A DNA stretch of 64,000 nt. Origin: Rhodoluna sp. Its GTDB lineage: Bacteria > Actinomycetota > Actinomycetes > Actinomycetales > Microbacteriaceae. Under the pieces are notes generated by a model. It had not been told where the DNA came from. It did not search any database and saw nothing but the letters and a program-made list of their open reading frames with translations. Below, in pieces: positions 1 through 10,573 of this stretch. The stretch's first letter is position 1. Each line of letters opens with the position of its first letter. The stretch is taken from NCBI GenBank assembly GCA_044338605.1, contig JBIIXB010000001.1, positions 50,205-114,204 on the forward strand, written 5' to 3'. The position numbers and the translations under genes were made by a program.

Positions 1-2
1 CA

Positions 3-812
3 AGGTGGGATTTAGGTTGTGGAAGCTGCCCATCCCTTGATTCTTCACTTCCTGTCTATTGGGATCGAACCGACAAAGAGCGATCAAGGAAGGAGCTGCT
101 GTTCTCGAAAACCCCCATGAACATTCACATCACCACAGATTGGATGAGGGGTCAGATTGAGAAAAAGGTCTCAAACTGGAACGCAAGGGTGTTTCAGTTT
201 CCCTTTGGAATAGACACTGAAGTCTTTAAACCAAAGCCAGAAATTGATGCCCGAGCTATTCTCGGAATCGACAAAGATACTTTTGTTATTGCGGCTCGCT
301 CAACTGATGATGAGAGAAAAGGATTCAAGGAATTAGTCCAGGCTATAGAGCAAGTAAGAAAAACTGGGAGAAAGGTTCTACTCCTTTGTATTCAGAAACA
401 AGGACTTGTTGCAAAATACTCTAAGGAAGTTGAGTCTATTGAGCTGCCCTGGACTAACGATATAAATAATCTAGGAACTTTCTACGAGGCAGCAGACCTG
501 TTTGCAATGCCATCCTTAGTAGAGTCTTTTGGCATGATGGCACTCGAAGCCATGTCATCAGGAGTCCCGGTAATTACTGTTGGGAATACTGCTGCCAGTG
601 AAGTAACCGAATGCCCTGAGTTGGAAGTACATCGTGATGATTTAGTCGGCCAAATCGCAAACCGAATCACATGGGCCATAGACAATAAAGCAAAATTTAG
701 AGAACTTGGTGTTCGGGCAAGGGCTCGTGCAGAAGTCAAGTTTTCTTTAGAGGATTACTTGGGAAACCTAAAAAACATGTATGAGGAGGTTTCCAGTGAC
801 CGAATATTCTGA
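3..812 (+). CDS. Glycosyltransferase family 4 (WcaC-like), 5'-truncated by window edge
   Basis: Frame is open back to base 3 (RWDLGCGSCPSL...); GT4 motif ESFGMMALEAMSSGVPV. Confidence 0.85.
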   Translation, partial: RWDLGCGSCPSLDSSLPVYWDRTDKERSRKELLFSKTPMNIHITTDWMRGQIEKKVSNWNARVFQFPFGIDTEVFKPKPEIDARAILGIDKDTFVIAARSTDDERKGFKELVQAIEQVRKTGRKVLLLCIQKQGLVAKYSKEVESIELPWTNDINNLGTFYEAADLFAMPSLVESFGMMALEAMSSGVPVITVGNTAASEVTECPELEVHRDDLVGQIANRITWAIDNKAKFRELGVRARARAEVKFSLEDYLGNLKNMYEEVSSDRIF

Positions 813-1098
813 AGGGCATAAAACCCCTACCAGTCTAACCTCAGTCAAGATTGAGAGAAACAGACTTATGTCATGGGACAGCACTGTCCAGGGATTGAAT
901 AAACCAGATGGCGTTACCCAAAGTTCCAAAAACTCAACCACCATTAGGACACTTGTGTTTGTCCGCAAGGTAACCAATTTGTTCCCCGAATCTTTAGCTA
1001 AGCTTCCCTACGCATTATTCAAGCTAGGTTACGAAATCGCGAAAATCTTCACCAGAGGATTTTCGAATATACGACGTTTATTGTTTATGCCAAAATAG
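796..1098 (+). CDS. Hypothetical protein
   Basis: AGGAGG at 784-789 before GTG 796; overlaps upstream stop; no recognisable motif. Confidence 0.35.
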   Translation: MTEYSEGHKTPTSLTSVKIERNRLMSWDSTVQGLNKPDGVTQSSKNSTTIRTLVFVRKVTNLFPESLAKLPYALFKLGYEIAKIFTRGFSNIRRLLFMPK

Positions 1099-1169
1099 AG
1101 AAGAGAGAAACACCGTTTGAAGAAATTGTGGGTTACAACAATTAACTGGGATGAGCGTCAAGCGGGAAA

Positions 1170-1832
1170 ATGAAGACCAGAAATGCAAAAGGATTCATCT
1201 TTGATTTGGATGGAACACTCTTTGATTCCTCTGAACAAATTCTTCGGGCAGCAAATTTAGCTAGGGACATTTACAACCAGCCAAAGCTATCCAAAGACAG
1301 GGCTGACCTTGTGATAGGTCTTGAGGCTTCTGAGCTATTCTCGGATCTACCCCTAAACCCTGCTGAGGTTTCCGAAATCGTCAATGAGTTTCGTGATGCT
1401 TTACTTAAGGAAGTTCTCTCGGGAAACACCATGTATCCAAAAGCGACGCATTTGTTAAAAACTATTCAAGAGGCTGGTCACGTGGCGGGCGTTGCAACCT
1501 CCAAGCCCCAGTATCTAGCGGAGGCTGTCATCGCTAATTCACCTCTAAGAGGATACGTACTACAAATTCACGGAACGGGTCCGGCACGCCCCAAGCCAGA
1601 ACCTGATGTTGTTTTGAACTGTGTTAGGTCCCTAGGTGTTTCTGAGGCATTCATGATTGGAGACAGGGTAGAAGACATAGCGGCGGGCATGGCCGCTGGA
1701 GTTAAGACAATCGGCATATCTCAAACTGTATTCACCAAAGGCGAACTACTGATTGCAGGGGCAGATTACGTTTATAATTCACTGAACGAGCTAGCACTTG
1801 ATCTTGAGAATCTCGTTTTCGATGGAAGGTAA
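1170..1832 (+). CDS. HAD-family phosphatase (phosphoglycolate-phosphatase-like)
   Basis: FDLDGTL motif I, ATSK motif II, KPEP and IGDRVED motifs III/IV. Confidence 0.9.
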   Translation: MKTRNAKGFIFDLDGTLFDSSEQILRAANLARDIYNQPKLSKDRADLVIGLEASELFSDLPLNPAEVSEIVNEFRDALLKEVLSGNTMYPKATHLLKTIQEAGHVAGVATSKPQYLAEAVIANSPLRGYVLQIHGTGPARPKPEPDVVLNCVRSLGVSEAFMIGDRVEDIAAGMAAGVKTIGISQTVFTKGELLIAGADYVYNSLNELALDLENLVFDGR

Positions 1833-1835
1833 CCC

Positions 1836-3605
1836 TTGAAGTATTCAGACGTGTTTGTTCGCTGGCTTGAAGATTTGGGGTACACCCACTGTTTCTATGT
1901 CGGTGGTGGAAACATAATGCATCTTTTGGAATCTGCTAGCCATGTTTTCGAGTGCGTTCCAGTAGTACATGAAGTTTCGGCAGGTATAGCTGCAGAGTAC
2001 TTCAATGAGAGCCAAGGACACAACGGCAAGAAGGCCTTCGCATTAGTTACTGCTGGTCCAGGTCTAACAAACATTGTTACAGCAATGGCGGGAGCGTTCT
2101 TAGAGAGTCGCGACTTATTGGTTATTGGGGGTCAAGTCAAAAGCACTGACTTGGCACACGGAAAAGTAAGGCAACTAGGTATCCAAGAGATAGACGGCAT
2201 GAGTTTAGTCAGTTCGCTCACTGTCGCGAGCCTACAAATTCAAAAGCCGCTACCGCGAACCGAAATAGAGAAAGTTGTGTTTTCTGGCTTGAGTCCAAGG
2301 AAAGGACCGGTCTTTATCGAGTTTTGCCTTGACGCCCAAGGAGCTGAATTCCTGGAAACAGAAGATATACCTGGGGGAGAAAGTGTCCCGTCTAAGAACC
2401 CATTTTTACTATCAGAGCAATTAAGAGCTGAGATTAAAAACTCCCAAAGACCTGTCTTGCTAGTTGGCGGTGGGGTAAGCCGAGAAACCGCGAAGAAAAT
2501 TCAAAAATCACTAGAAAACTCACCCATTCCTGTGATGACAACTTGGAACGGCACAGATCGAATCAGTAGTGACGCCAAATCATACTTCGGTCGTCCGAAC
2601 ACTTGGGGCCAAAGATCGGCAAACGTAATTCTTCAGCAGTCCGATCTACTAATTGCTCTGGGTACGAGGTTAGGGCTCCAACAAAGTGGATTCAATTGGG
2701 AGCAGTTCATGCCTGTTGGCAGAATAATCCAGGTTGACATAGATCCAGCAGAACTCGGTAAGAAGAATCCGGGTATTGACTTTCCAGTCGAGGCTAACGC
2801 GGACGAGGTTTTGCCTCTTGTTCTTGATCTTCTGGATTCCGAAAGATCCAATGATGAATGGAAGTCATGGGTTGAGTTCTCGAGATCTGTCAAAGCGTCT
2901 CTCCCCACTTCTGAAGATGTTAACAAAATCAATGGCCCCTTCATAAATCCATATGATTTCTATATTGCCCTTTCAGAAGTTTTGATTGATGGTGATGCTG
3001 TTGTTCCATCAAGCAGCGGTGCTTCGGAGACTGTTGCCATGCAATCTTTAAACCAAGGTCGAAACAATGTCGTGATAACCACCAAAGGACTTGCAAGCAT
3101 GGGCTACGGCTTAGCAGGCGCCATAGGTACTGCATTTGCTGGAGCTCCTAGAGTTTTTCACATCGAGGGTGATGGCGGTTTTGCTCAAAACATTCAAGAA
3201 CTTGGGACTGTATCTGCTAACAAGCTAAATATAAAAACATTTATATTGTGTAATGACGGCTACGCGTCGATTCGAATGACTCAGAAAAGTTACTTTGATG
3301 GCCACTACTTGGGATGCGACGCCAGCACCGGATTAGGATTACCCGATTGGCACCTGCTGGCTAAATCCTTTGGAATTTCATCCACGGAATTAAACCCAGA
3401 AGCTGACCTGAAATCGGAAATCGAAAAATCAGTAGCCCTAGAAGGCCCCCAGGTAATCTTGGTACCGGTCAACCCTGACCAAACATATTATCCAAAGATA
3501 ACAAGTCAAATAAATGAACAAGGCAATCTAATCTCTAACCCAATTCACTTAATGACGCCAGAGCTATCTGCCGAGATGAGCAATAGGGTATTTAGATACA
3601 TCTAA
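1836..3605 (+). CDS. TPP-dependent acetolactate-synthase-like protein (YerE-like sugar carboligase candidate)
   Basis: HEVSAG catalytic Glu, TAGPG, GDGGF...NDGY TPP motif; sits in glycan locus. Confidence 0.85.
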   Translation: MKYSDVFVRWLEDLGYTHCFYVGGGNIMHLLESASHVFECVPVVHEVSAGIAAEYFNESQGHNGKKAFALVTAGPGLTNIVTAMAGAFLESRDLLVIGGQVKSTDLAHGKVRQLGIQEIDGMSLVSSLTVASLQIQKPLPRTEIEKVVFSGLSPRKGPVFIEFCLDAQGAEFLETEDIPGGESVPSKNPFLLSEQLRAEIKNSQRPVLLVGGGVSRETAKKIQKSLENSPIPVMTTWNGTDRISSDAKSYFGRPNTWGQRSANVILQQSDLLIALGTRLGLQQSGFNWEQFMPVGRIIQVDIDPAELGKKNPGIDFPVEANADEVLPLVLDLLDSERSNDEWKSWVEFSRSVKASLPTSEDVNKINGPFINPYDFYIALSEVLIDGDAVVPSSSGASETVAMQSLNQGRNNVVITTKGLASMGYGLAGAIGTAFAGAPRVFHIEGDGGFAQNIQELGTVSANKLNIKTFILCNDGYASIRMTQKSYFDGHYLGCDASTGLGLPDWHLLAKSFGISSTELNPEADLKSEIEKSVALEGPQVILVPVNPDQTYYPKITSQINEQGNLISNPIHLMTPELSAEMSNRVFRYI

Positions 3606-3915
3606 CAAATCCAAATAGCAAATTTGCATCTGGGTAGAACGTATTCTCTAAGTGGTATTTCTAGTTTCTAATGTACTGCTGAACCAAAATCGGCACTTCG
3701 AAAAACAAGCGCATCTAGGGGCGCCATTTTGTATTCCAGCCCAATTTCTCAGCAGCAAGTGGTTTATTAGAGGCTAGCTCACAAGCTTCAGACAAAGTGG
3801 ATCTCAAGCCAACTACTTCAAATCCAGGAAGCAACATCGAAATCTATTCAAGTAGGATAAGGAGATAAGTAATTCTCATTTCTAAAGTAAATTTCTAATC
3901 CTTCAGGGGGCATGA

Positions 3916-4713
3916 GTGAACAAAACCGAGAAGAAAATGCGGGACATTTTGACCCGCGGAAGAGAAGAGTTCGGGGTTGTAAGCGTCAAAGCAGAGTTTG
4001 AAGCTGAAGGAACACGTATTGATGAACTTCTTAGGCTTGTTGACATCTCAAGATCTGCTGGTCTGCCCCTTACGGTAAAAATCGGCGGATGCGAAGCCAT
4101 TCGAGACCTTCTGGAGTCTAAACAAATTGGAGTTAGGTACATCGTCGCACCCATGGTTGAAACACCATATGCGCTAAGTAAATACGCGGCTGCCACGAAC
4201 CTCATCTACACAGAAGAAGAGCGGGAGGACACAGATTTTCTTTTTAACTTGGAGACAATAACCGGTTTTGAGAACTTGGACGGCATGCTAGCGGAAGCCT
4301 CCAAACCTAAATCCGTAAACGGAATGGTTTTTGGGCGGGTAGATTTTGCTGGATCCCTCGGTCTAACTCGGGAATCAATTCACAGCGATGAGGTGACGAA
4401 CTACGTCTTAAAGGCAGCTAAGGCTACTAAGGATGCCAAGCTTGATTTCGTGATGGGTGGAGCAATTTCTAGCGATTCCCTGGATGTCATTCGTCAGGTA
4501 GCAGAAGTCCATTTGACGAGGTTTGAAACAAGAAAAGTAGTCTTCGGCGGGGATGCAACAACTATTGCCAATATCGAGCAAGGACTTGTGAACGCTGTTC
4601 ACTTTGAGATGCTTTGGCTTTTGAACAAACGAGATTACTATGCACGAATCACGGCTGAAGATGCAAAGAGAATTGAAATGCTTGAAGCCAGATGGAATTT
4701 GCTAAACTCTTAA
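3916..4713 (+). CDS. HpcH/HpaI aldolase / citrate-lyase-beta family protein
   Basis: IVAPMVET, NLETITG, VFGRVDF motifs. Confidence 0.75.
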   Translation: MNKTEKKMRDILTRGREEFGVVSVKAEFEAEGTRIDELLRLVDISRSAGLPLTVKIGGCEAIRDLLESKQIGVRYIVAPMVETPYALSKYAAATNLIYTEEEREDTDFLFNLETITGFENLDGMLAEASKPKSVNGMVFGRVDFAGSLGLTRESIHSDEVTNYVLKAAKATKDAKLDFVMGGAISSDSLDVIRQVAEVHLTRFETRKVVFGGDATTIANIEQGLVNAVHFEMLWLLNKRDYYARITAEDAKRIEMLEARWNLLNS

Positions 4714-5636
4714 ATCTCTATCCCAGCAACCCTAGCAATTTGGTCTCTAATGGAATCTTCCCTTTGAAATCCCAAGACAAGTAGGCGCTCCCAGTCTTTA
4801 TTGTCCGAATGGTAGTCGTCTGAAGGAAGGTCCGAATCAACTTTCAGAAGTATTTTTGCCGTGGGGTTGAGAACCTCAACTATCATTTGGGCGAGAGCTC
4901 CGAGCTCAACTAGATCTCCCCCAGTGTCAAAAATAATGTTGCCCCCAGGTGCAAGGGGCATTAGGGCTAACGCTAGGACATCCTCGACAGCACAATATCT
5001 TCTAAAAACTCGATGCCTGGCCTTTATTTCTATAAGACCAAGCTTTGCCTGCGTAATCAAATCAGTAAATGCAAATGTAGCTGCACCCTTTGTGACATAA
5101 CAACCAGTGACACTCCAGACTCGTGCAATCGAAACATCTGCTTCGAGATCGCTTGCAAGTCCTACCATCCTCTGTTCGTAAATACGCTTTTGCGCGGCAT
5201 ATGGGTTTTCATCAATGGAAAACGATGTCTGGCCGGCGAGGTGTCTTGTCACTCCGCTTGAAAACCCAACGTATTTTCTGACCAAAGGCATGCTAGCTAT
5301 GGCCAGAGACTGGTCTATAAGTTTTTGGTTTGTCTCAACGTAGGCCTTTTGCCCAAGAACTAAAAGCATCTCTCGCGTTGCAAATGCTGTGTCGATTACA
5401 ACAGTTGGCTTAAACGCGGAAATAATTTCTAGATTTTGGCCGTACACCCTTTGCGTTTGGCCGTCAATTTCAATCTGTTGATCTTTGGAACCAGTAGCTA
5501 GCAGCTCCAGACCCGCTCCCCTGGTCATTGCAATCGCAGTCCTACCAAACCAGCCGCCGGCTCCCGTCACGAGGACTCGATCATCCGAACGCAGATTCCT
5601 AAGCAAGAGTTCTTGCGCTTCTCGCCTAATTTTCAT
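4710..5636 (-). CDS. NAD-dependent epimerase/dehydratase
   Basis: VLVTGAGGWFG, SSG, YAAQK (YxxxK). Confidence 0.85.
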   Translation of the reverse strand: MKIRREAQELLLRNLRSDDRVLVTGAGGWFGRTAIAMTRGAGLELLATGSKDQQIEIDGQTQRVYGQNLEIISAFKPTVVIDTAFATREMLLVLGQKAYVETNQKLIDQSLAIASMPLVRKYVGFSSGVTRHLAGQTSFSIDENPYAAQKRIYEQRMVGLASDLEADVSIARVWSVTGCYVTKGAATFAFTDLITQAKLGLIEIKARHRVFRRYCAVEDVLALALMPLAPGGNIIFDTGGDLVELGALAQMIVEVLNPTAKILLKVDSDLPSDDYHSDNKDWERLLVLGFQREDSIRDQIARVAGIEI

Positions 5637-5725
5637 ATCTGCTAATCACGTTCTTTTCTAGTTACGCGGACTACAACCTAGATTACGGAACTCTGATCCG
5701 CTCTTGTCCCGCGGTGAAGTCTAAA

Positions 5726-6541
5726 TCACCTGACAGAGGAGTACAGGGGGTTGTCAGACCTTACATACCAGTCATCAAATTTTGAAAGTTCCGTGTGAAC
5801 CCGCTTATAGCCATTTCTCACTAATAAATCGAACAACTTATCTCTGGAACTTGTGTAGTTGTGCTCAACACAAATTAAGTTGAATCTGTATTCTCCAAAG
5901 TCAAAATCTCGGAGGATTGAATATTCGCTACCTTCAGTGTCTATTGAGAGGAAATCAATTTCCAATGGGGCATTGTAGGTTTGCAAAAGGTCCCGAAGAG
6001 AAACAGTCTTTACCTGGTAGACCAAGGAATTGGTTCTTGCATCCGCATGAAGATCCGAATCTTGAAAATCAACAACCGTTGAAAGCCAGGCAGTTGAAGC
6101 TTGCGCAAAATCAATCAACTCGTCGGATTGGCTCCACACGCATCGAGTGTCAATAAAACATTTTCTGTTTGTCGCTAAATCCTTATGCCAAATATTCCCT
6201 GGCTCACAAAGAATACCCTTCCACCCAAATTCCTTTTCCAACAAAAAAGTGTTACTCAGTTCAACACCATCGGTAGCCCCGAATTCAACAAAAAAACCAT
6301 CTCGCTTAAGCCCATTGACGCATAGAGCCAGAATGTCTTGACCAATTTGACTCTTAGCGCTTGAGATTATTTCTTGAGCTTCACTAACCTTAATTCCGCT
6401 GGTGGTTGGTGATTTAGCCAATAAATCTAAGTACGCCTTGGGGGAAGAATCTTCTCCAAGTCGTTCAAATTCAGGAGTCTTTATAACTACGTAACCTAAC
6501 TTACCTAATACAAAATAGATAACTTTCTTTACAAACTTCAT
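5726..6541 (-). CDS. FkbM-family SAM methyltransferase
   Basis: FFVEFGATDG..SNT, GILCEP, IDFLSIDTEGSE. Confidence 0.9.
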   Translation of the reverse strand: MKFVKKVIYFVLGKLGYVVIKTPEFERLGEDSSPKAYLDLLAKSPTTSGIKVSEAQEIISSAKSQIGQDILALCVNGLKRDGFFVEFGATDGVELSNTFLLEKEFGWKGILCEPGNIWHKDLATNRKCFIDTRCVWSQSDELIDFAQASTAWLSTVVDFQDSDLHADARTNSLVYQVKTVSLRDLLQTYNAPLEIDFLSIDTEGSEYSILRDFDFGEYRFNLICVEHNYTSSRDKLFDLLVRNGYKRVHTELSKFDDWYVRSDNPLYSSVR

Positions 6542-6643
6542 AGTTTAAGGATACCAATTAATCAGAAAATTACTCCTTGGCCTATAGCCAGACAAGCTTC
6601 GGTAGATGTTATGTATCACCTACTGAATAACCCGATAGTCACA

Positions 6644-7435
6644 TCATTTGTGGGCAATAGGTTTAGAAGTTGACTTCAAAGAACCCCTGCTAAGAAAATG
6701 ACCCACTAAAAAAGTCAACATGACAATTGGCAACTCCCAGAGAGGAGAGAAGAATTTAGCAACTGAGGGCAAGTTTAAAACCCTAACCAGGCTAGCTTCC
6801 CTCACAGAGTCCCACCTCCGGGAATACGTAAGGGAAGTCGCGTGCCACCTGTGGCTGGAGAGGATCTTGTCAACAAAGACGGCCCTACCAACTATGGTGA
6901 GCTTTAGAAATAAGTCAAAATCAAATGCGAACTCGAACTTATCTGACAGCCCACCTACTCTCTCGAAGGCATCTCGCCTAAATACAGCACCTGGCTGGGG
7001 AATAAGTTGTGGACCAAATCTTAGAAGTGGAACTGCCCAGCCACCGCTTCGTTTTACCAGAACATCATTTCCTTCAGAATCGATGTACTGGCAGTGTCCA
7101 TAAACCAAAACGGGTTTCGCGGGTTGACTGAGAGCACTCACTGCAAGACTCAGCGACCCGGGCGCAAGAAGATCGTCGTCACCTAACCAGGTGATGTATT
7201 CGATGTTTTCTGGAAGCGCCCTAAATCCTTGGTTGATTTTTTTGGGTACCGACGTCTCAAGCTCGTCAATGTAAAGATCTACCAAAACAGAATTTTGGTA
7301 TAAGGATGCATCAAAACCCTTTCTACCCACAAGGACGATGAAGCTGTCACCAGCTTCACGGATGGATTTTAGGGTGATGTCTAAGTACTGGGGGCGCTCA
7401 CCAATAGTTGGAACAACAACTCCCACAGCAGGCAT
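6644..7435 (-). CDS. Glycosyltransferase family 2
   Basis: Start moved to MPAVGVVVPT (ATG 7435, TATCAT -10 six nt upstream); WLGDDD, FAFDFDL motifs. Confidence 0.85.
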   Translation of the reverse strand: MPAVGVVVPTIGERPQYLDITLKSIREAGDSFIVLVGRKGFDASLYQNSVLVDLYIDELETSVPKKINQGFRALPENIEYITWLGDDDLLAPGSLSLAVSALSQPAKPVLVYGHCQYIDSEGNDVLVKRSGGWAVPLLRFGPQLIPQPGAVFRRDAFERVGGLSDKFEFAFDFDLFLKLTIVGRAVFVDKILSSHRWHATSLTYSRRWDSVREASLVRVLNLPSVAKFFSPLWELPIVMLTFLVGHFLSRGSLKSTSKPIAHK

Positions 7436-7509
7436 TTCACCATGATAGCACCGGCGATAAATTGCCACCCTTGGGAGGCTTGCTTGCAAGAAATGACTAT
7501 GATTTGAAA

Positions 7510-7683
7510 ATGCGTAACAGGTTGATACTTCTTGGCTACCTAGCCCTGTTCTTCGCCTTAGTTTCTGTCTATGACTTATACAAAGGCAATGTTTATCTTG
7601 TTGCTCTTGTCGCCGTAATTCTAACCTTCGCAGGCTTAGCAGCTTGGCTATGGTCAGTCCAGACAGGCAAAGATAAGAATTAA
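7510..7683 (+). CDS. Small two-TM membrane protein (57 aa)
   Basis: MRNRLILLGYLALFF...; TATGAT six nt before ATG; mostly synonymous divergence in the duplicated 3' end supports coding. Confidence 0.7.
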   Translation: MRNRLILLGYLALFFALVSVYDLYKGNVYLVALVAVILTFAGLAAWLWSVQTGKDKN

Positions 7684-7715
7684 CTGCAAAAGAGCTCAAT
7701 AGGTGTATCTTCAGA
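7638..7715 (+). repeat. 78-bp direct repeat, copy 1 (left border of cassette)
   Basis: Ungapped match to 12132-12209, 7 mismatches in 78. Confidence 0.95.
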
Positions 7716-7729
7716 ATGGAGAGGAAAAC

Positions 7730-8716
7730 ATGCCAAAACTTGAAAAGACTCACGTGGTTCGTTTTCTGAGCATCGCCTTGTTGGCAGGAGATTCCTCAAA
7801 TTCTGAGCTTGTAGAGGCGCATTCCAAGCTCTCAACCCTAGCCAAGGAGTTTTCTGAACACTTTGAGTTGTTGGTTGTCCGCTCACCTCTGAAGAATTCA
7901 ACTGGCGAAGCGACAACAAACCTAAAGGATTTGTTGAATAATTCCATTTTTATCGAATTACCTTCAAGTGTTTCAAGAAGCTCAGCAGCGGTTATAGCTC
8001 TTCAGCAGGCTATAGGAGACAAGGTTCTTATTTTAGAGAATACTGCTGGCCAAATTCAATCGGCAAGGGAGCTTCTCCTAAAAATGTCAGATGGCATCGA
8101 GGTGATTTTTGGCACCACATCAAAGTCTTCCATAAGAAATCAAAGCTGGATCTATAGACTCGGTCAAAGTATTTTTGGAATTGCATTCTTAGCGGTTCAC
8201 GGAACAAACATCTCTTCAGAAGCGCCAGTATTTCGTGTCATGTCCAGATCGGCTGTTAATGGAGTCCTAGCCGCCAGAAGACCGGAAGTGGAGTTCAGGG
8301 CATTTATCACCACCGGTGCTTTCAGTTCAAGAACCGTATCTTATGAATCTAAAGAGATATTAAAGCAAGCCCCATTCTGGCAATCCTATGGCTCTGCGAT
8401 GCAGATGCTTCTTGGTGGCTCCAAGATACCTATGAGGTTCGCATCGTTGTTATCCATTGTCGGGGCAGTGCTTAACGTTGTCTATGCAATCTATGTTGTG
8501 ATTACAGCGTTCCTCGGCGAGAATATTCAGAGTGGCTGGGCTAGCACATCACTCCAACTATCGGCCATGTTTTTCTTAGTCTGCCTTGTGTTATTCCTAA
8601 TTAGTGAGTACCTACTTCAATTGCTACCCGACCGGGAGCACTCTTCCACAGTTTATTCAACTTCTTTTGCGGGAGATAGCCTGGGTGTTGGCAAGAATCC
8701 TAATGTGACTAACTAG
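7730..8716 (+). CDS. GtrB/ArnC-like GT2 membrane protein with degenerate catalytic domain
   Basis: GAGGA RBS before ATG 7730; FRVMSR motif and C-terminal two-TM ...GWAST...ISEYL typical of GtrB; DxD position reads ENT. Confidence 0.7.
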   Translation: MPKLEKTHVVRFLSIALLAGDSSNSELVEAHSKLSTLAKEFSEHFELLVVRSPLKNSTGEATTNLKDLLNNSIFIELPSSVSRSSAAVIALQQAIGDKVLILENTAGQIQSARELLLKMSDGIEVIFGTTSKSSIRNQSWIYRLGQSIFGIAFLAVHGTNISSEAPVFRVMSRSAVNGVLAARRPEVEFRAFITTGAFSSRTVSYESKEILKQAPFWQSYGSAMQMLLGGSKIPMRFASLLSIVGAVLNVVYAIYVVITAFLGENIQSGWASTSLQLSAMFFLVCLVLFLISEYLLQLLPDREHSSTVYSTSFAGDSLGVGKNPNVTN

Positions 8717-8726
8717 CAAACCAAAC

Positions 8727-9821
8727 ATGAGTAATTCAACAAGGGTCGCTGTAATTGGTGCTGGTTTCTATGGTTTAGTCATCGGATACAAATTAGCTCA
8801 AGCTGGTGCCACTGTAGTTGTGTATGAGGCGGCGTCTGACCTAGGTCACGGTGCTTCTTGGGCTAATCAGGCTAGGGTCCATGGGGGTTATCACTATCCA
8901 CGGGATGTGCGAACTGGTGCTCGAAGTCGCCGCGGCTTGAAAAGGTTCATAAATGATTTTGGATCGTCCATATTTCGCGACTTCACAATGTTGTATGGGA
9001 TTGCTCGCCACAACTCGAAGGTGAACACCTCACAGTTTGAAGCGTTCTGCAATCGAATAGAAGCCCCATTTTCACCCCCGACAACCGAGCTGTCAAACAT
9101 CTTCAACGATGAATTAATCTCTGGCGTCTATCAAGTCGAGGAGCCTGCATTCAATTCGGACGTTCTACTTTTGGAAGCGCGCCAACGATTGTTGGACTCT
9201 GGCGCTCTTCTGTTTCTCTCGGAGCCTGTCGAAAAGGTAATCGAGAGAGACGAGAACTTTACGGTTTGCTTGCAATCTGGAGAGATTGAGATTTTCAATT
9301 ATGTGCTCGATTGCACATACTCAAACCTTGGAACCCTATTTGAACCAGCAAGACTACTCGCAGACACACTGAAGATCGAAAGGGCAGAAATATGCCTAGT
9401 CTCAACCCCAAAGAGTCTAGAGTCGCTAGGAATCACAGTTATGGACGGCCCTTTTTTCTCCTACATGCCATTTCCAACAAGAGGTTCACACTCACTCACT
9501 CACGTCAGTTACACACCACGGAAAACGCGAACATCAGAGTTGCGGGAGCCAGAAACGGAAGACAACTCTGCATTTTTGAGAATGAAACTAGATGCACTTA
9601 GGTATGTTCCAGCTATAAGAGAGATTGAATATCAAGACTCAATTTTCGTCGATAAAGCAATACTTACATCTAGTGAATTAGATGACGCTCGACCAGTATT
9701 GATTCATGAAGCTGGGAAGAAAGGCAGGTATCTTTCAATACTGGGGTCCAAAATTGACACAGTTTACGATGCCGTTGATTCAATCTTAAGCACCACTGAA
9801 CTAGGGAAGGTTTTATCGTGA
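8727..9821 (+). CDS. FAD-dependent oxidoreductase (DAO-like)
   Basis: VIGAGFYG, ASWANQARVHGGYHYPR, TVMDGPF. Confidence 0.85.
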   Translation: MSNSTRVAVIGAGFYGLVIGYKLAQAGATVVVYEAASDLGHGASWANQARVHGGYHYPRDVRTGARSRRGLKRFINDFGSSIFRDFTMLYGIARHNSKVNTSQFEAFCNRIEAPFSPPTTELSNIFNDELISGVYQVEEPAFNSDVLLLEARQRLLDSGALLFLSEPVEKVIERDENFTVCLQSGEIEIFNYVLDCTYSNLGTLFEPARLLADTLKIERAEICLVSTPKSLESLGITVMDGPFFSYMPFPTRGSHSLTHVSYTPRKTRTSELREPETEDNSAFLRMKLDALRYVPAIREIEYQDSIFVDKAILTSSELDDARPVLIHEAGKKGRYLSILGSKIDTVYDAVDSILSTTELGKVLS

Positions 9822-10573
9822 ATTTCGAAAGGACACTTCTTGGACATACTGGGTTTGTTGGAGGAACACTTAAGGAGCAAGCTAGCTTTGATGGTCAATT
9901 TTCTCGAGGCAATATTGCTGAGAGCAAAGGTACACATAGCGAGCTCTTAATTTGCTCAGCGGCTCCAGCACAAAAATGGTGGGCAAACGCAAATGCTGCT
10001 GAGGATTTAGAAAATATTCAGAAGTTAGTTTCAACTCTTGAATCTATGCAGGCGGAGAAAGCTGTGCTCATCAGTACTGTCGATGTATTTGACAACCCTT
10101 TAGAAATTGATGAAGATTCGACCCAGGTAACATCCGTTCAAAATGCGTATGGAGAAAATCGAAGATTTCTGGAGGATGAGTTCACAAGAATCTTCAAAGA
10201 AGCTCTTGTGGTTCGATTGCCCGGGCTAGTTGGTCCTGGACTAAAGAAAAATGCCCTGTTTGACCTAAAGAATGACAATCAAATTTCTAGCTTGAACGGC
10301 GCGTCAGTTTTTCAGTTTTATCCAATGGAAAAACTCTGGGAGGATTTGACGCTAGCTATAGAAAACAAATTAGAGCTGCTGCATCTTACGAGCGAGCCCA
10401 TTTCTCTTGGATACATCGCAAGGTCAATTTTTGGAATTCACCTTAGAAATCTTCCAGATCCCGCGATTTACAACTTTCAAACGAAGTATGCGACCCTATG
10501 GGGTAAACAGTCGCGATTTCAATACACTGCGGACCAGTGCCTCGCTGCGATAAAGGACTACTCTAAATCGTGA
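9818..10573 (+). CDS. NAD(P)-dependent oxidoreductase / epimerase-like protein
   Basis: GHTGFVG, ISTVDV, YGENR, RLPGLVG. Confidence 0.8.
   Translation: MNFERTLLGHTGFVGGTLKEQASFDGQFSRGNIAESKGTHSELLICSAAPAQKWWANANAAEDLENIQKLVSTLESMQAEKAVLISTVDVFDNPLEIDEDSTQVTSVQNAYGENRRFLEDEFTRIFKEALVVRLPGLVGPGLKKNALFDLKNDNQISSLNGASVFQFYPMEKLWEDLTLAIENKLELLHLTSEPISLGYIARSIFGIHLRNLPDPAIYNFQTKYATLWGKQSRFQYTADQCLAAIKDYSKS

Noticed and set aside
3606-3915. 310-bp intergenic gap as possible ncRNA or pseudogene
   Set aside because: No recognisable structure, riboswitch or protein similarity by eye
7436-7753. N-terminal 105 aa of the 369-aa minus-strand ORF
   Set aside because: Overlaps two plus-strand genes; the GT2 domain and -10 element point to ATG 7435
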